DNA from: Candidatus Anstonellales archaeon
GTDB lineage: Archaea; Micrarchaeota; Micrarchaeia; Anstonellales; J096
DNA length: 64,000 nt
Reading direction: 5' to 3'
Assembly: GCA_038896535.1 (NCBI GenBank)
Contig: JAWACY010000002.1
Span: 176,445-240,444, forward strand
Below the pieces are notes generated by a model. The model worked only from the letters and a program-made list of their open reading frames with translations. It was not told where the DNA came from and ran no database searches. This document shows positions 29,892-39,449 of the stretch, piece by piece (within the stretch, counting starts at the first letter, position 1; each line of letters starts with the position of its first letter). The position numbers and the translations under genes are program-made.

Positions 29892-30497
29892 ATGGACTTT
29901 TTTAAGATTTATACAATATTCATTTTTATATTATTAATTTCTGCGTTTCTCACGCCATTTTTTGCTTTTTATGGATATAAAGGCATAGCATCATTCTTTT
30001 ATAATGCGTTTGCTCTTACATGCCATCAATACCCATATAGAAGCCTTGCCTTATTCCCATTAGATAATAGCATAAATAATTGCATAACAAAAGAAGGCTT
30101 ACCTGTTTTTACTATGTACACAAAAATATTTGCAAAGGACTACAATGGGCCTTTCTACTTCAATAGAAGTGAAATAGGCCTTATAAGGGCGGAGATATGC
30201 ACAAAAATAAAAGAAGAGACTGGAGATATATTGATAGGCTATAAATTTCCTGTATGCGCAAGGGATTTAGGCATTTTCATGGGTATGGCATTAACAACAT
30301 TGGCTTTTAGAAGAGGCGGGGAAAATAAAGATGAAATAAGAATGGCGTATATAATTTTGCTTATTATTCCACTTGCAATAGATGGCTCAGGCCAGTTTCT
30401 AGGATTTTGGGAAAGTACAAATGACATAAGGATCATTACTGGCTTATTATTTGGGGCAGGGATAACGCTTTTATTCGCAAAAACATTGAACTGGTAA
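29892..30497 (+). CDS. DUF2085-type membrane protein
   Basis: CHQ...RS, PVCARDLG, PLAIDG..Q, RIITGLLFG. Confidence 0.85.
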   Translation: MDFFKIYTIFIFILLISAFLTPFFAFYGYKGIASFFYNAFALTCHQYPYRSLALFPLDNSINNCITKEGLPVFTMYTKIFAKDYNGPFYFNRSEIGLIRAEICTKIKEETGDILIGYKFPVCARDLGIFMGMALTTLAFRRGGENKDEIRMAYIILLIIPLAIDGSGQFLGFWESTNDIRIITGLLFGAGITLLFAKTLNW

Positions 30498-30498
30498 T

Positions 30499-31524
30499 AT
30501 GGAAAAATTTTCATCTAGGCTTGCTTTATTGCTTGCCTTAATTGGATCTGCTGTTGGCTTAGGCAACATATGGAGGGTTTCCTATCTTTTCTCATTTTAT
30601 GGCTCTGCTTTTCTTATTTCTTATATTGTATTCGTTATAATAATTGGCTTGCCACTAGTTTATTTAGAATTAAAATTATCGGAGCGTTATAAAAAACCAG
30701 TAAAAGAACTTTATTCCATATTCGCAAAAAAGCATAAATTAAGCTTCTTCAAATATGTGTATTTAATGCCATTAATAACGCTTTTTGTCTTGTCAACATA
30801 TTATTCAATAGTGCTTGGACAAGTTTTGACTAATATTATAGACATACATATTGGTAGCTTATTCCTTGTTTGGGCCATAACTATTTATGCAGTATTAAAT
30901 GGTATAAAAGGCATAGAAAAAGTAAACAATGTATTTATGCTTCTTTTATTTATCTTACTTTTGTATTTATTAGCAAATGTAAAAACTTTGCCAAACCTGT
31001 TAGCATTTGAAACAAAAGATATTATAGAAAGCATAAAACAAGGCTTGGCACACGTTTTATTTTCACTTAGCGTTGGGACTGGCCTTCTCTATACTTATTC
31101 AATATATTCAAAAAAATCAAATACTTTTGAGAATGCATTTATTGTAAGCCTTTCTGATACTCTTGTTGCGATCATATCATTAATTGTTATATTTTCAATG
31201 GCCCCACAACCAGACATATTCGTTGCTTTTGAAGGAATAAAAAACAAGTTTTTTGAAATAGGCCAGCCATTTTTATCATATGTTTTTTTCCTAGCCCTAT
31301 TTTCTGCTGGCATAACATCGTTAATAGCACTTGCAAAATTTTTATATGATAATGGCAATATTTACACACTACTTACTGCATTTATATCTTCAGTAATTTT
31401 ATATTTTCTCCCTCCTGTTATAATACAATTTCTCGATTCAGTATTAGTAACAAGCCTTTTTTTGATTACATTGCCTATAACAGTCATTGTATTTTTAAGC
31501 CTTTTACGAGATAAAAAAAATTGA
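30499..31524 (+). CDS. Sodium:neurotransmitter symporter (NSS/LeuT-like) family transporter, shortened
   Basis: GSAVGLGNIWR, GIEK, FSLSVG, AGITS. Confidence 0.88.
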   Translation: MEKFSSRLALLLALIGSAVGLGNIWRVSYLFSFYGSAFLISYIVFVIIIGLPLVYLELKLSERYKKPVKELYSIFAKKHKLSFFKYVYLMPLITLFVLSTYYSIVLGQVLTNIIDIHIGSLFLVWAITIYAVLNGIKGIEKVNNVFMLLLFILLLYLLANVKTLPNLLAFETKDIIESIKQGLAHVLFSLSVGTGLLYTYSIYSKKSNTFENAFIVSLSDTLVAIISLIVIFSMAPQPDIFVAFEGIKNKFFEIGQPFLSYVFFLALFSAGITSLIALAKFLYDNGNIYTLLTAFISSVILYFLPPVIIQFLDSVLVTSLFLITLPITVIVFLSLLRDKKN

Positions 31525-31539
31525 TAATTTAAATACTTT

Positions 31540-32244
31540 CTATTCATACATGCTGTTTTCTTTATCATGTTTTGCTATTTCCTCTTCTGCTTTAATTACC
31601 TCCTGCTCTGAAAGCAAAAGCTCCCTTGTATCTATATTAAAAGAGTACATTTTCCCAATCGTTTTTAGCAATTTCTCTGTTGCTTTTGCATCAGACAAGC
31701 TTTGCTCCTGGTGTGCTATTAATGCATAAGTTGGAAAACCAGAGCTCTGTGCCTTTATATATAATAAAGATCCTGCCCCTGTTATTGCCCCTTCATCAAA
31801 TGCATTTATTTTCAAATTATGAAATTTTTCCTTTAAATAATCTTTACTTGCAATATAATAAATTCCCTTTTCCCCTTCAAGCGTCGATAATAAAATGCCT
31901 ATTTCAGAAACATTGAAGTCTTTTGCTAAATCCAATATTGCATCTGCTGTTTTATTTGTTGCTGATAATGGCAAGCCTATTTCAGATAGCACTACAATCA
32001 TATTTAACTTTTCATTTGCCATTATTCTAACTGGAGGCATTGCTATGCTATTATGTACAGATATAACAGGAGCAAATAAATCACTACTAAAATAACCTAT
32101 AATTTCAAAATTAAGTTTTTCAGTTAAATATAAGCCAGCAACTATTGGAACTAAACTTGGAGAAGGCATACAAACAATTAATGTCGGTTTTTTCAATTTA
32201 ATTTCTGTTGCTCTTTTAAAATATATAATATCAACTGATGCCAT
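31540..32244 (-). CDS. Proteasome assembly chaperone (PAC2 family)
   Basis: PTLI..PS.SLV, PPVRI, GAITGAGSLL, IDT.EL. Confidence 0.82.
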   Translation of the reverse strand: MASVDIIYFKRATEIKLKKPTLIVCMPSPSLVPIVAGLYLTEKLNFEIIGYFSSDLFAPVISVHNSIAMPPVRIMANEKLNMIVVLSEIGLPLSATNKTADAILDLAKDFNVSEIGILLSTLEGEKGIYYIASKDYLKEKFHNLKINAFDEGAITGAGSLLYIKAQSSGFPTYALIAHQEQSLSDAKATEKLLKTIGKMYSFNIDTRELLLSEQEVIKAEEEIAKHDKENSMYE

Positions 32245-32302
32245 ATGTTAATTCAATAATAAATATTTATAAGCCTTTCACTATAAAAATAAATACTAAA
32301 AT

Positions 32303-32401
32303 GGGCCAGTAGCTCAGCCTGGCGGAGCGACGGTCTTATAAGATCAGCTCTGCTACATCTAAGACAGCCGTAGGTCCTGGGTTCAAATCCCAGCTGGCCC
32401 A
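32303..32401 (+). tRNA. tRNA-Ile(TAT) with 25-nt BHB intron at 37/38 (intron 32341..32365)
   Basis: GGGCCAG/CTGGCCC acceptor stem, ACGGT-CT-TAT-A^A-GCCGT, BHB helix CTTA/TAAG with 3-nt bulges. Confidence 0.92.
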
Positions 32402-32403
32402 TA

Positions 32404-32639
32404 GTAAGAAGGCGCTAACCCTATTATGCACGCCTTCTTACAATCATCCCGTCCCTATTATTCCCTGTAGTAAGAAGGCACTAACCCTATTATGCGCGCC
32501 TTCTTACAATCATCCAACCACTTTTATTCCCTGTAGTAAGAAGGCAATGCCCTTATATATGCGCCTTCTTACAATCATCCCGTCCCTAATATACGCTTGT
32601 GGTAAGAAGGCGCTAACCCTATTACACACGCCTTCTTAC
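32404..32639 (+). repeat. Palindromic tandem array 2: 4 units, exact 66-bp period, starting 2 nt after tRNA-Ile
   Basis: GTAAGAAGGC arms at 32404, 32470, 32536, 32602; a degenerate linker follows to ~32667. Confidence 0.97.
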
Positions 32640-32889
32640 AAACTTCCAAACCCTATTATAGACTTTGGTTGGGGGGGTAATGGTAGTGGAAATGCTTCTT
32701 AATCTTAATCTTAATCATTTAATCTTTTTGATAGGAAAGGGCATGAGTGGAAAAGCCATAATGGCTTGATAAGAATCAAAAGGCACAATAATCAAATAAT
32801 CAAATAACAACACAATGGCATTAAATGGCATTAAATTAAGATCAATAGCATTAAATAGTATTAATATCAATAATAAAACACAATAATTT

Positions 32890-33756
32890 TTACATAAGCA
32901 TTGCAAAATCCTCATCTAGGTTTCTGTTAAATATATTGTTATTTTTTATCATTGGGCCCCTATCAAGTACTTTGAAATCTTCTAAGAAAGTTTTCCTTTG
33001 CTTCTGCCAGAATATGCCTACAGGAACTTTTTCAAAATTATTTGTGAAAGGCTCTAAGCAATAATGCAAAGCTTTTTGAAAATCTTGCCTGTCATTATCT
33101 TTTACATAATAAATGTGCTGCTTATACCATTCATAAGTATTCTGCTTATCCCATGTTATGCAGGGTTGGTAACATTCTATAAAAGCAAAACCTTTATGAT
33201 TAATGCCCTCTTTTATTACTTCCTTTAAATGCATAACATCTCCAGAATAAGTTGCTGCAACAAAACTTGCTCCTGCAATTAAGGCAGTTGCACAAGGCAT
33301 GAATTCATCTATTGTATTCCCTTTAAGATGTGTTTTGCTTTTCATACCTTTTTTTGTTGTTGGGCTGCTCTGGCCAGTTGTTAATGAGAAGTAATAATTA
33401 TTTTGCACTATGTATGTTATATCATTGTTCCTCCTGCACGAATGTAAGAAATGATTCCCTCCCTCTGAAAAGCCATCTCCATCTCCTCCTATAGCTACAA
33501 CAGTAAGTTCATGATTACTTAACTTTATTGCTTCTGCTGCTGGTAAAAGTCTGCCATGCAAGCCTTCAAAACCATATGCCCTTATATAATGTGGTATTTT
33601 ACTCCCGCAACCTATTCCAGATACTATGCATGTTTTATGGCTTTCTAAACCAAGCTCTACCAATGCCTGTTTTACAGCTGCTAATATACCAAAATCTCCA
33701 CATCCCAAGCACCATTGTGTCCTTTCTTTAACATTAAATTCTTCTAATTTGCTCAT
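32890..33756 (-). CDS. 2-oxoacid:ferredoxin oxidoreductase beta subunit
   Basis: WCLGCGD, SGIGC, LHGR, GGDGD...NN TPP-binding motif, GQSSPTT. Confidence 0.93.
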   Translation of the reverse strand: MSKLEEFNVKERTQWCLGCGDFGILAAVKQALVELGLESHKTCIVSGIGCGSKIPHYIRAYGFEGLHGRLLPAAEAIKLSNHELTVVAIGGDGDGFSEGGNHFLHSCRRNNDITYIVQNNYYFSLTTGQSSPTTKKGMKSKTHLKGNTIDEFMPCATALIAGASFVAATYSGDVMHLKEVIKEGINHKGFAFIECYQPCITWDKQNTYEWYKQHIYYVKDNDRQDFQKALHYCLEPFTNNFEKVPVGIFWQKQRKTFLEDFKVLDRGPMIKNNNIFNRNLDEDFAMLM

Positions 33757-35603
33757 ATTCCATACCTCCATGGAGTAAAGAACTCATATTTCTCTATTTC
33801 TTCATTCAATGCATAATAAGGCTTTGGTCCATTTTTCATTATATCCAAAACCACTGAAACGATCTGCTCTGGGAAAAACTGCCTGCCATTGTATTTTGAA
33901 ACAAGTGTATTAACCTTAACTCCTGTTTCCATCCTGAGCAGATGAGAGAAAATTCCGGTCTTGTTATTCTCAACCATTATAATATAGCTACCATCAAGCA
34001 TTGCCCTTATCTTTTGCTCATGCAATGGATAAAGCCACCTGAAATGGGCTATTGGGATTGATATATTATGCTCATATTTAAGCATTCTTTGTGCATCAAG
34101 TAAAATGTTTAAATGGCTCCCCCAGCAGGATAATAAATAATTATTGCCATTCTTTATCTGCATTTCTTTCATAAATTCTTTATTTGCTATTTTTCCATCA
34201 ATGTATATGTCTGGAAGCCAACTTTCATTTCTTAAGCCCTCCAGTTTCTTTGCCCTTTTATCAACTTGCATTGCTCTTTTCTTAAAATCTTCTGTAGTAA
34301 AGCTATCTTCATCATGCTCATAGCTTGTTGTTACATGCTGCCCGCCTTTTACTCCAGGAATAGGCCTTGGGCTTATCCCATCTTCTGTTATTTTATAGCG
34401 CAAAAACCTTTGGGTCGGAGCAATATTATCAATATCTTGCATTATAATTTTCCCTCTATCAATATTTACTTTATCCGGTTTTTTCATTGTGAAATGGCTC
34501 TCGCTTAAGAACTTATCTGATAAAATAAAAACAGCTGTCTGATATTTTTCTGCAATGTTAAATGCTTCTGCAGTATCATAATATGCCTGCTCAACAGTGC
34601 CAGGAGCAATAATTGCTCTTGGAAATTCTCCTTGCCCTGCGCCAAGCACTTGGATTAAATCTCCCTGCTCAGTCCATGTTGGCATGCCTGTAGATGGCCC
34701 TGTTCTCTGGCTTACTAAAAACACTACTGGTATCTCTGCCATGCCAAGCATGCTTACTGTTTCAGTCATTAATGCGAATCCACCGCCACTTGTTCCGCAC
34801 ATTGCTCTTAAACCAGCAAATGCTGCACCTGCTGCCATTTGTGCAACAGCAATCTCATCTTCTGCTTGCACTACTATAACATCATGCTTCTCTGCTTTTT
34901 CAGTTATAAAGGCAAGAGCACTTGAAGAAGGAGTCATAGGATAACCAGAATAAAAACCAAGCCCAGCAGCAAGAGCGCCCAAAATTATTGCTTCATTTCC
35001 ACTCAAATAAATATTTTCATTCTTTTTCTCAATAGGCATTATTTGCTTATCTGCCTTCGTATTCATTTTATTCATGTATTCATAAGCCATTCTTGCAACA
35101 TTTTGATTCATTTCTATTACTTCTTTTCCTTTTCTCTTGAACTCTTCCTCTATTGCAGAGAGTAAAAATTCTAAAGGATAAGAAATGCTTGCCAGTGTTG
35201 CTGATACAAAGGCTATGTTTTTCATAATGATTGGAGCGTTTGCTTCTTTTAATATTTGCAATGCAGGAAAAGCAATGCTTTTTGCATTTTTTATATCAAA
35301 TTCTTCTATATTAACAAGGGCTTTATCATATATAATGAGTGCGTTATCCTTTAACGCATCTTTATGAAAAAATATTGCATCTTTGCCAAGAGCAATCAAC
35401 ACATCAATATATATTCTTGGAGCTCTTACAGGGCTTTCATCTATTATCACTGAATAAGCATTATGCCCAGTTCTTATCAAAGAAGGATATTCAGGATAAC
35501 CATGAACATGATAGCCGCCTCTTAAAAAAAGCTTGCCAAGTGTACGGCCCATTGCAAATGCCCCTTCTCCTGCCATTGCACCTATCTTTATATGCATTGC
35601 CAT
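33753..35603 (-). CDS. 2-oxoacid:ferredoxin oxidoreductase alpha subunit (gamma-alpha fusion)
   Basis: SGNEA, GYPMTPSS, QAEDEIA, TSGGGF, QRTGPSTGMPT. Confidence 0.93.
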   Translation of the reverse strand: MAMHIKIGAMAGEGAFAMGRTLGKLFLRGGYHVHGYPEYPSLIRTGHNAYSVIIDESPVRAPRIYIDVLIALGKDAIFFHKDALKDNALIIYDKALVNIEEFDIKNAKSIAFPALQILKEANAPIIMKNIAFVSATLASISYPLEFLLSAIEEEFKRKGKEVIEMNQNVARMAYEYMNKMNTKADKQIMPIEKKNENIYLSGNEAIILGALAAGLGFYSGYPMTPSSSALAFITEKAEKHDVIVVQAEDEIAVAQMAAGAAFAGLRAMCGTSGGGFALMTETVSMLGMAEIPVVFLVSQRTGPSTGMPTWTEQGDLIQVLGAGQGEFPRAIIAPGTVEQAYYDTAEAFNIAEKYQTAVFILSDKFLSESHFTMKKPDKVNIDRGKIIMQDIDNIAPTQRFLRYKITEDGISPRPIPGVKGGQHVTTSYEHDEDSFTTEDFKKRAMQVDKRAKKLEGLRNESWLPDIYIDGKIANKEFMKEMQIKNGNNYLLSCWGSHLNILLDAQRMLKYEHNISIPIAHFRWLYPLHEQKIRAMLDGSYIIMVENNKTGIFSHLLRMETGVKVNTLVSKYNGRQFFPEQIVSVVLDIMKNGPKPYYALNEEIEKYEFFTPWRYGI

Positions 35604-35646
35604 ACAATCACATTGAAATTTAATATTCAATATATTTAAACCTTTC

Positions 35647-36624
35647 TCAAGCCCTTATGACGCTTGCCATGATTGACATCGTTATTGTCTTTGCAATATT
35701 TATTATTGATTTTATGCCAATACTATTTAAAGCATTTTTTAGGTTTCTTGCAAATAATAGCTCCAATAATATGAATATCTTAATTTTCTCTCTTTTTTCT
35801 TTCATTGAGATTTCTAACCTTTTTCTCATTATAGGAGGGAGTGAAGATATATGCTTATCTAATAATTTGTAATCCTTGCTCTCGGCAGCTTTTTTTGCCT
35901 CTTCTAAAACTTTTTCTATTTTCTCAATTTCATTCATAATGTCTTGCTTTCTTTTTATGGCCTCATCAATATTCTCAGGCTTTTCTGAAACATATTTGTC
36001 TATTGATTTTATCAGCTCTGAATATATGTCTTTTCCAAAAGCAGCTTTTTCTTTTTCCTTGTTTTTTATTATCTCCATTGTCTCTTTTTGTATCTCTTCT
36101 GGCTCTTTTTTTATTACAGGGTCTGCAATATATGCAAGTGCTTTGTCTGCATCTTTTAAGCTAAATGCCTCATCAACAATCTTTTGCTCTATGCTTGAAA
36201 ATGATATTTTTACATCTTCTTTTACTACCTCTGCTTTTTGTGTTAATGGATTATATGATATAAACGCATACTTGTCTGTTATTTCATGCTCTTTTAAAAC
36301 AAATTTTTCTTTTTCTTCCTTTTGCCCTATTTTGCCAGCATTTAATTCCTGATTTAAGTTATTCATAACAATTTTTTGTTCTACCTCTTTTTTCTTTTCC
36401 TCTCTTTTTTCTTCTCTAACCTCTTTCAACAACATAAAATTTTTGTCCTTTGGCGGCATATCTTTTTTTCCTTCTGGCAATTCCAGAGCAAGAAGCCATT
36501 TTGCAGCAAGAGCCACAACTACTAAGCCTGCTTCTATCACAAGCTCTTTATTGTTAGATTCAATAGCCCTTTTTGCCGTATCAATTTCCCTTTTAAATGT
36601 CTCTTCCTTAAAGGCTTCATGCAT
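35647..36624 (-). CDS. Hypothetical K/E-rich protein
   Basis: 325-aa ORF. Confidence 0.65.
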   Translation of the reverse strand: MHEAFKEETFKREIDTAKRAIESNNKELVIEAGLVVVALAAKWLLALELPEGKKDMPPKDKNFMLLKEVREEKREEKKKEVEQKIVMNNLNQELNAGKIGQKEEKEKFVLKEHEITDKYAFISYNPLTQKAEVVKEDVKISFSSIEQKIVDEAFSLKDADKALAYIADPVIKKEPEEIQKETMEIIKNKEKEKAAFGKDIYSELIKSIDKYVSEKPENIDEAIKRKQDIMNEIEKIEKVLEEAKKAAESKDYKLLDKHISSLPPIMRKRLEISMKEKREKIKIFILLELLFARNLKNALNSIGIKSIINIAKTITMSIMASVIRA

Positions 36625-36659
36625 GTTTATATTTATGCTTTGCTTTTTAAAACAATGTT

Positions 36660-36992
36660 TTACTTGCTTTTTTCAACATGTTTGTGCTTCTCAATTACAA
36701 ATGCAACATACATAACAAGTAAAATCCCTATTAAAGATGAGACTATTGCTATCAAGCGTGAGCCAAGGTTATGGGCAAGTATAAAAGCAAAAGAAGAAAA
36801 TCTTAAAGAAGAGAAAGGCATTTCAAAGACGTCCTGCTTAATATAAATCCAATAGAGCTCTAAAAGCATGAAAAATGGTATAAGCACTTCTAAAACTGGG
36901 TCTTCAATTGAGGCAAAGGAGGTAGAAGAAATAAAAAATGCATAAACTGCAAATGCAGATGATAAAAATAATAGCAATGCAGCACTTCTCAT
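36660..36992 (-). CDS. Small hypothetical membrane protein
   Basis: 110 aa, 3-4 hydrophobic segments. Confidence 0.55.
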   Translation of the reverse strand: MRSAALLLFLSSAFAVYAFFISSTSFASIEDPVLEVLIPFFMLLELYWIYIKQDVFEMPFSSLRFSSFAFILAHNLGSRLIAIVSSLIGILLVMYVAFVIEKHKHVEKSK

Positions 36993-37065
36993 GAACTAAA
37001 TATGTTAATATGATTTAAAAATTTATGCCCATCATAGCTGTAGCAATAATGATTCAAGAAAAGAT

Positions 37066-37692
37066 TCATTCAAATCTTGATTTTATATAATAAATAGTTG
37101 AGATAAGTGCCAATGAAGATAATGTTAGAGCATAAATGCCTATTTTTTTGACACTCTTATTATTTATCTTTAATTTTTTGTAAAACGTCCTCTCGCATTC
37201 TTTTATATTTGATAAATCTCTATAAATGTCTATAGCATAACCAACAAAAGGGCCATTTAGCCCTGAGACAATTGCTGCTATCACAGATGCAGTTAATATT
37301 TTTTTCATATCTAGTTCTTCATTTGCCATGTATTGTGATAAAGCGTATGTTGGGGGCATTGTAACAAGATTTAAAATACCCGCATAAATAAAATCATGAA
37401 AAGCTTGAATTTTCTCATTAGTTTTTTGATTTACTCTAAATATTTTTCTCCACATGTCCCTGCCTTTACTGAATATAGTGCCAAAACCAATAAATGTAAT
37501 AAATGTGCCTAAAATTCTTGAATTCAGAGATGTTTTTACTGATAAGTTAGATATAAAAACTTCAAAAAATGCAAAAACTGGGTTAGCTTCACTCACTATG
37601 GCTATATTGTCTATAAAATATTTTTTAATATCAAAAATCTTATTTGGCTTATCTTCTTGGACTTGTTTTATTGATTTTTCCATATTACTCAT
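37066..37692 (-). CDS. AlaE-like (L-alanine exporter family) membrane protein
   Basis: EVFISNLS...SLNSR, GRD, VGYAIDIYRDL resemble AlaE (EVFLSGMS..S..SR, YRD, YGYFLDYCRRL). Confidence 0.55.
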   Translation of the reverse strand: MSNMEKSIKQVQEDKPNKIFDIKKYFIDNIAIVSEANPVFAFFEVFISNLSVKTSLNSRILGTFITFIGFGTIFSKGRDMWRKIFRVNQKTNEKIQAFHDFIYAGILNLVTMPPTYALSQYMANEELDMKKILTASVIAAIVSGLNGPFVGYAIDIYRDLSNIKECERTFYKKLKINNKSVKKIGIYALTLSSLALISTIYYIKSRFE

Positions 37693-39335
37693 CTCTTATT
37701 GGCATTATCAGAATAAACCTGTTTTTCCACATCAAATTCAACATCTATAAAACCTTTATCCCTGTCAACTAATATTTTTGTTGATGCGCTTGGCCTTATT
37801 GGAGCATAGACATTTATTTTTAATGCTTTTGCCAGCGTTGAAGCGATATTCTTTTTATTCCTGCTTCCAGTTTCACAAGAAATGAGTATAGCATTTGCTC
37901 CTTTTCTGAATACATATGATAAATCGCTTATTTCATTTTTATCTGATATATCAAGCTCTTTTTCTTCTCCTTCTCCATCACCAAGCGTTATTGAATTCGC
38001 AGAGCCATGCCCAGCAATAATGAGTAGTTCTATTTTTCCATACTCTTCGAAAATATCCCTTAGTGCTTGATAAAATTCTTTTTCAGAGGACACTTCAATA
38101 ATAATAAGCCTAAAGTAATCTAAAAGGCTGTTGAGTGTTCTCCCTTCTCTATAAAAAGCTCCGTTATAATCACTTTTATTAAACACTGCTAATGCAATCG
38201 GCCTTTGCTTAAATTTATCCTTATCTGCAGCAAGCATTAAATGCAAGAGTACTTCTTTATCATATCTCAAAAAGTAATCTATATTAAATTTCTCATGCAA
38301 TCTCAATATTTCATCCAACCCCAATATATAAGAGGCGTATAAATAATCCAGCGTATATTCAGGCCTTATGCCATGTACTTCCATAAAATTTCTTATATTT
38401 ATGAATGCATGCCTTGAACTTAAATTAGATAAGGAATCAAAATAGTTGGCCCATGCATAAAAGCTCTGCACAACAATTATTGGATTGCTTGCTTTTTTAT
38501 CAGTTAACATTAAATAAAGGTCATCTATATTATCAATGTAAAAATTGCTGCGCTTAAAAAGCGTTGACAATGAATAGCGCATCTCATTTAGGGTTATATA
38601 ATCATCTTCATAATGCTTGAATAAAATCTCCACTATGTCTCTTATTTTACCTAATTTTTGGTCAAACATAAAAAAAAGAGAAAAATTATTATTATCAGTT
38701 AAACTCTTAAGCAAGTCAAGGAACATTATAAATCTATAATCTCCATCAAACTGCCTTTTAACTTCATAGAAAGTTTGAAATAGTTTATCTAAATAAGATA
38801 TATCATATTCTTTTCTCGATATTACATTATTAATAATTGGCAGCATGTACTTTAATTCATTTCCGTCAAATTGCAAAGCTGATTCCATATAATTAAGTTC
38901 TCTTTCTGTAAAGTTTGGTTTAAATATTATTAAACATGCCTCGCTTATAAGCTTTTCATTAACCTCCTTTTGCTTTGTTTTCATGCCCAATAACATTATA
39001 AATTTATTTATTCTATCTATCATTTCATTCTTTATTTCAGGTTTAATATTACAACTTTTATAATAATCAACATCGTGCGCATCATTTTCTTTATCAATTA
39101 TGCTAGCATCTTTTTTATTAATGATTGGCAATAATTTGAAATGCTTTGTATCGCTATATATATCAACAATTGGCTCTTTTTGTTTGTAATGATTGTGCGA
39201 CTCATCATTCTTCATATTACAATGTGTCATAAGAGCAATGCTAACAAAACCAGCATAAAAAGCATTTTTTAAATGCTTAATGCCCATTTTCCCAATCCCA
39301 ATATAAATCCCAGCTATATAATATAAAAATAACAT
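37689..39335 (-). CDS. Hypothetical exported protein with C-terminal caspase-like (clan CD) His-Cys domain
   Basis: LIIAGHGS...AILISCETG; N-terminal hydrophobic segment ending in Cys (start possibly 39287). Confidence 0.6.
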   Translation of the reverse strand: MLFLYYIAGIYIGIGKMGIKHLKNAFYAGFVSIALMTHCNMKNDESHNHYKQKEPIVDIYSDTKHFKLLPIINKKDASIIDKENDAHDVDYYKSCNIKPEIKNEMIDRINKFIMLLGMKTKQKEVNEKLISEACLIIFKPNFTERELNYMESALQFDGNELKYMLPIINNVISRKEYDISYLDKLFQTFYEVKRQFDGDYRFIMFLDLLKSLTDNNNFSLFFMFDQKLGKIRDIVEILFKHYEDDYITLNEMRYSLSTLFKRSNFYIDNIDDLYLMLTDKKASNPIIVVQSFYAWANYFDSLSNLSSRHAFINIRNFMEVHGIRPEYTLDYLYASYILGLDEILRLHEKFNIDYFLRYDKEVLLHLMLAADKDKFKQRPIALAVFNKSDYNGAFYREGRTLNSLLDYFRLIIIEVSSEKEFYQALRDIFEEYGKIELLIIAGHGSANSITLGDGEGEEKELDISDKNEISDLSYVFRKGANAILISCETGSRNKKNIASTLAKALKINVYAPIRPSASTKILVDRDKGFIDVEFDVEKQVYSDNANKR

Positions 39336-39449
39336 TTATATAAATGTATGCATTTTTTAATAATATTTTATAATCACTTCATGTTCTAATATATTTTAAC
39401 TAATATATTTTAATAATACGCTTAATATTGCACTTTTGAATAGATAAAA

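Noticed and set aside
32660..32700. Possible ORB/replication origin (G-string plus AGTGGAAA)
   Set aside because: Arrangement does not match the ORB consensus, single copy, no orc1/cdc6 nearby
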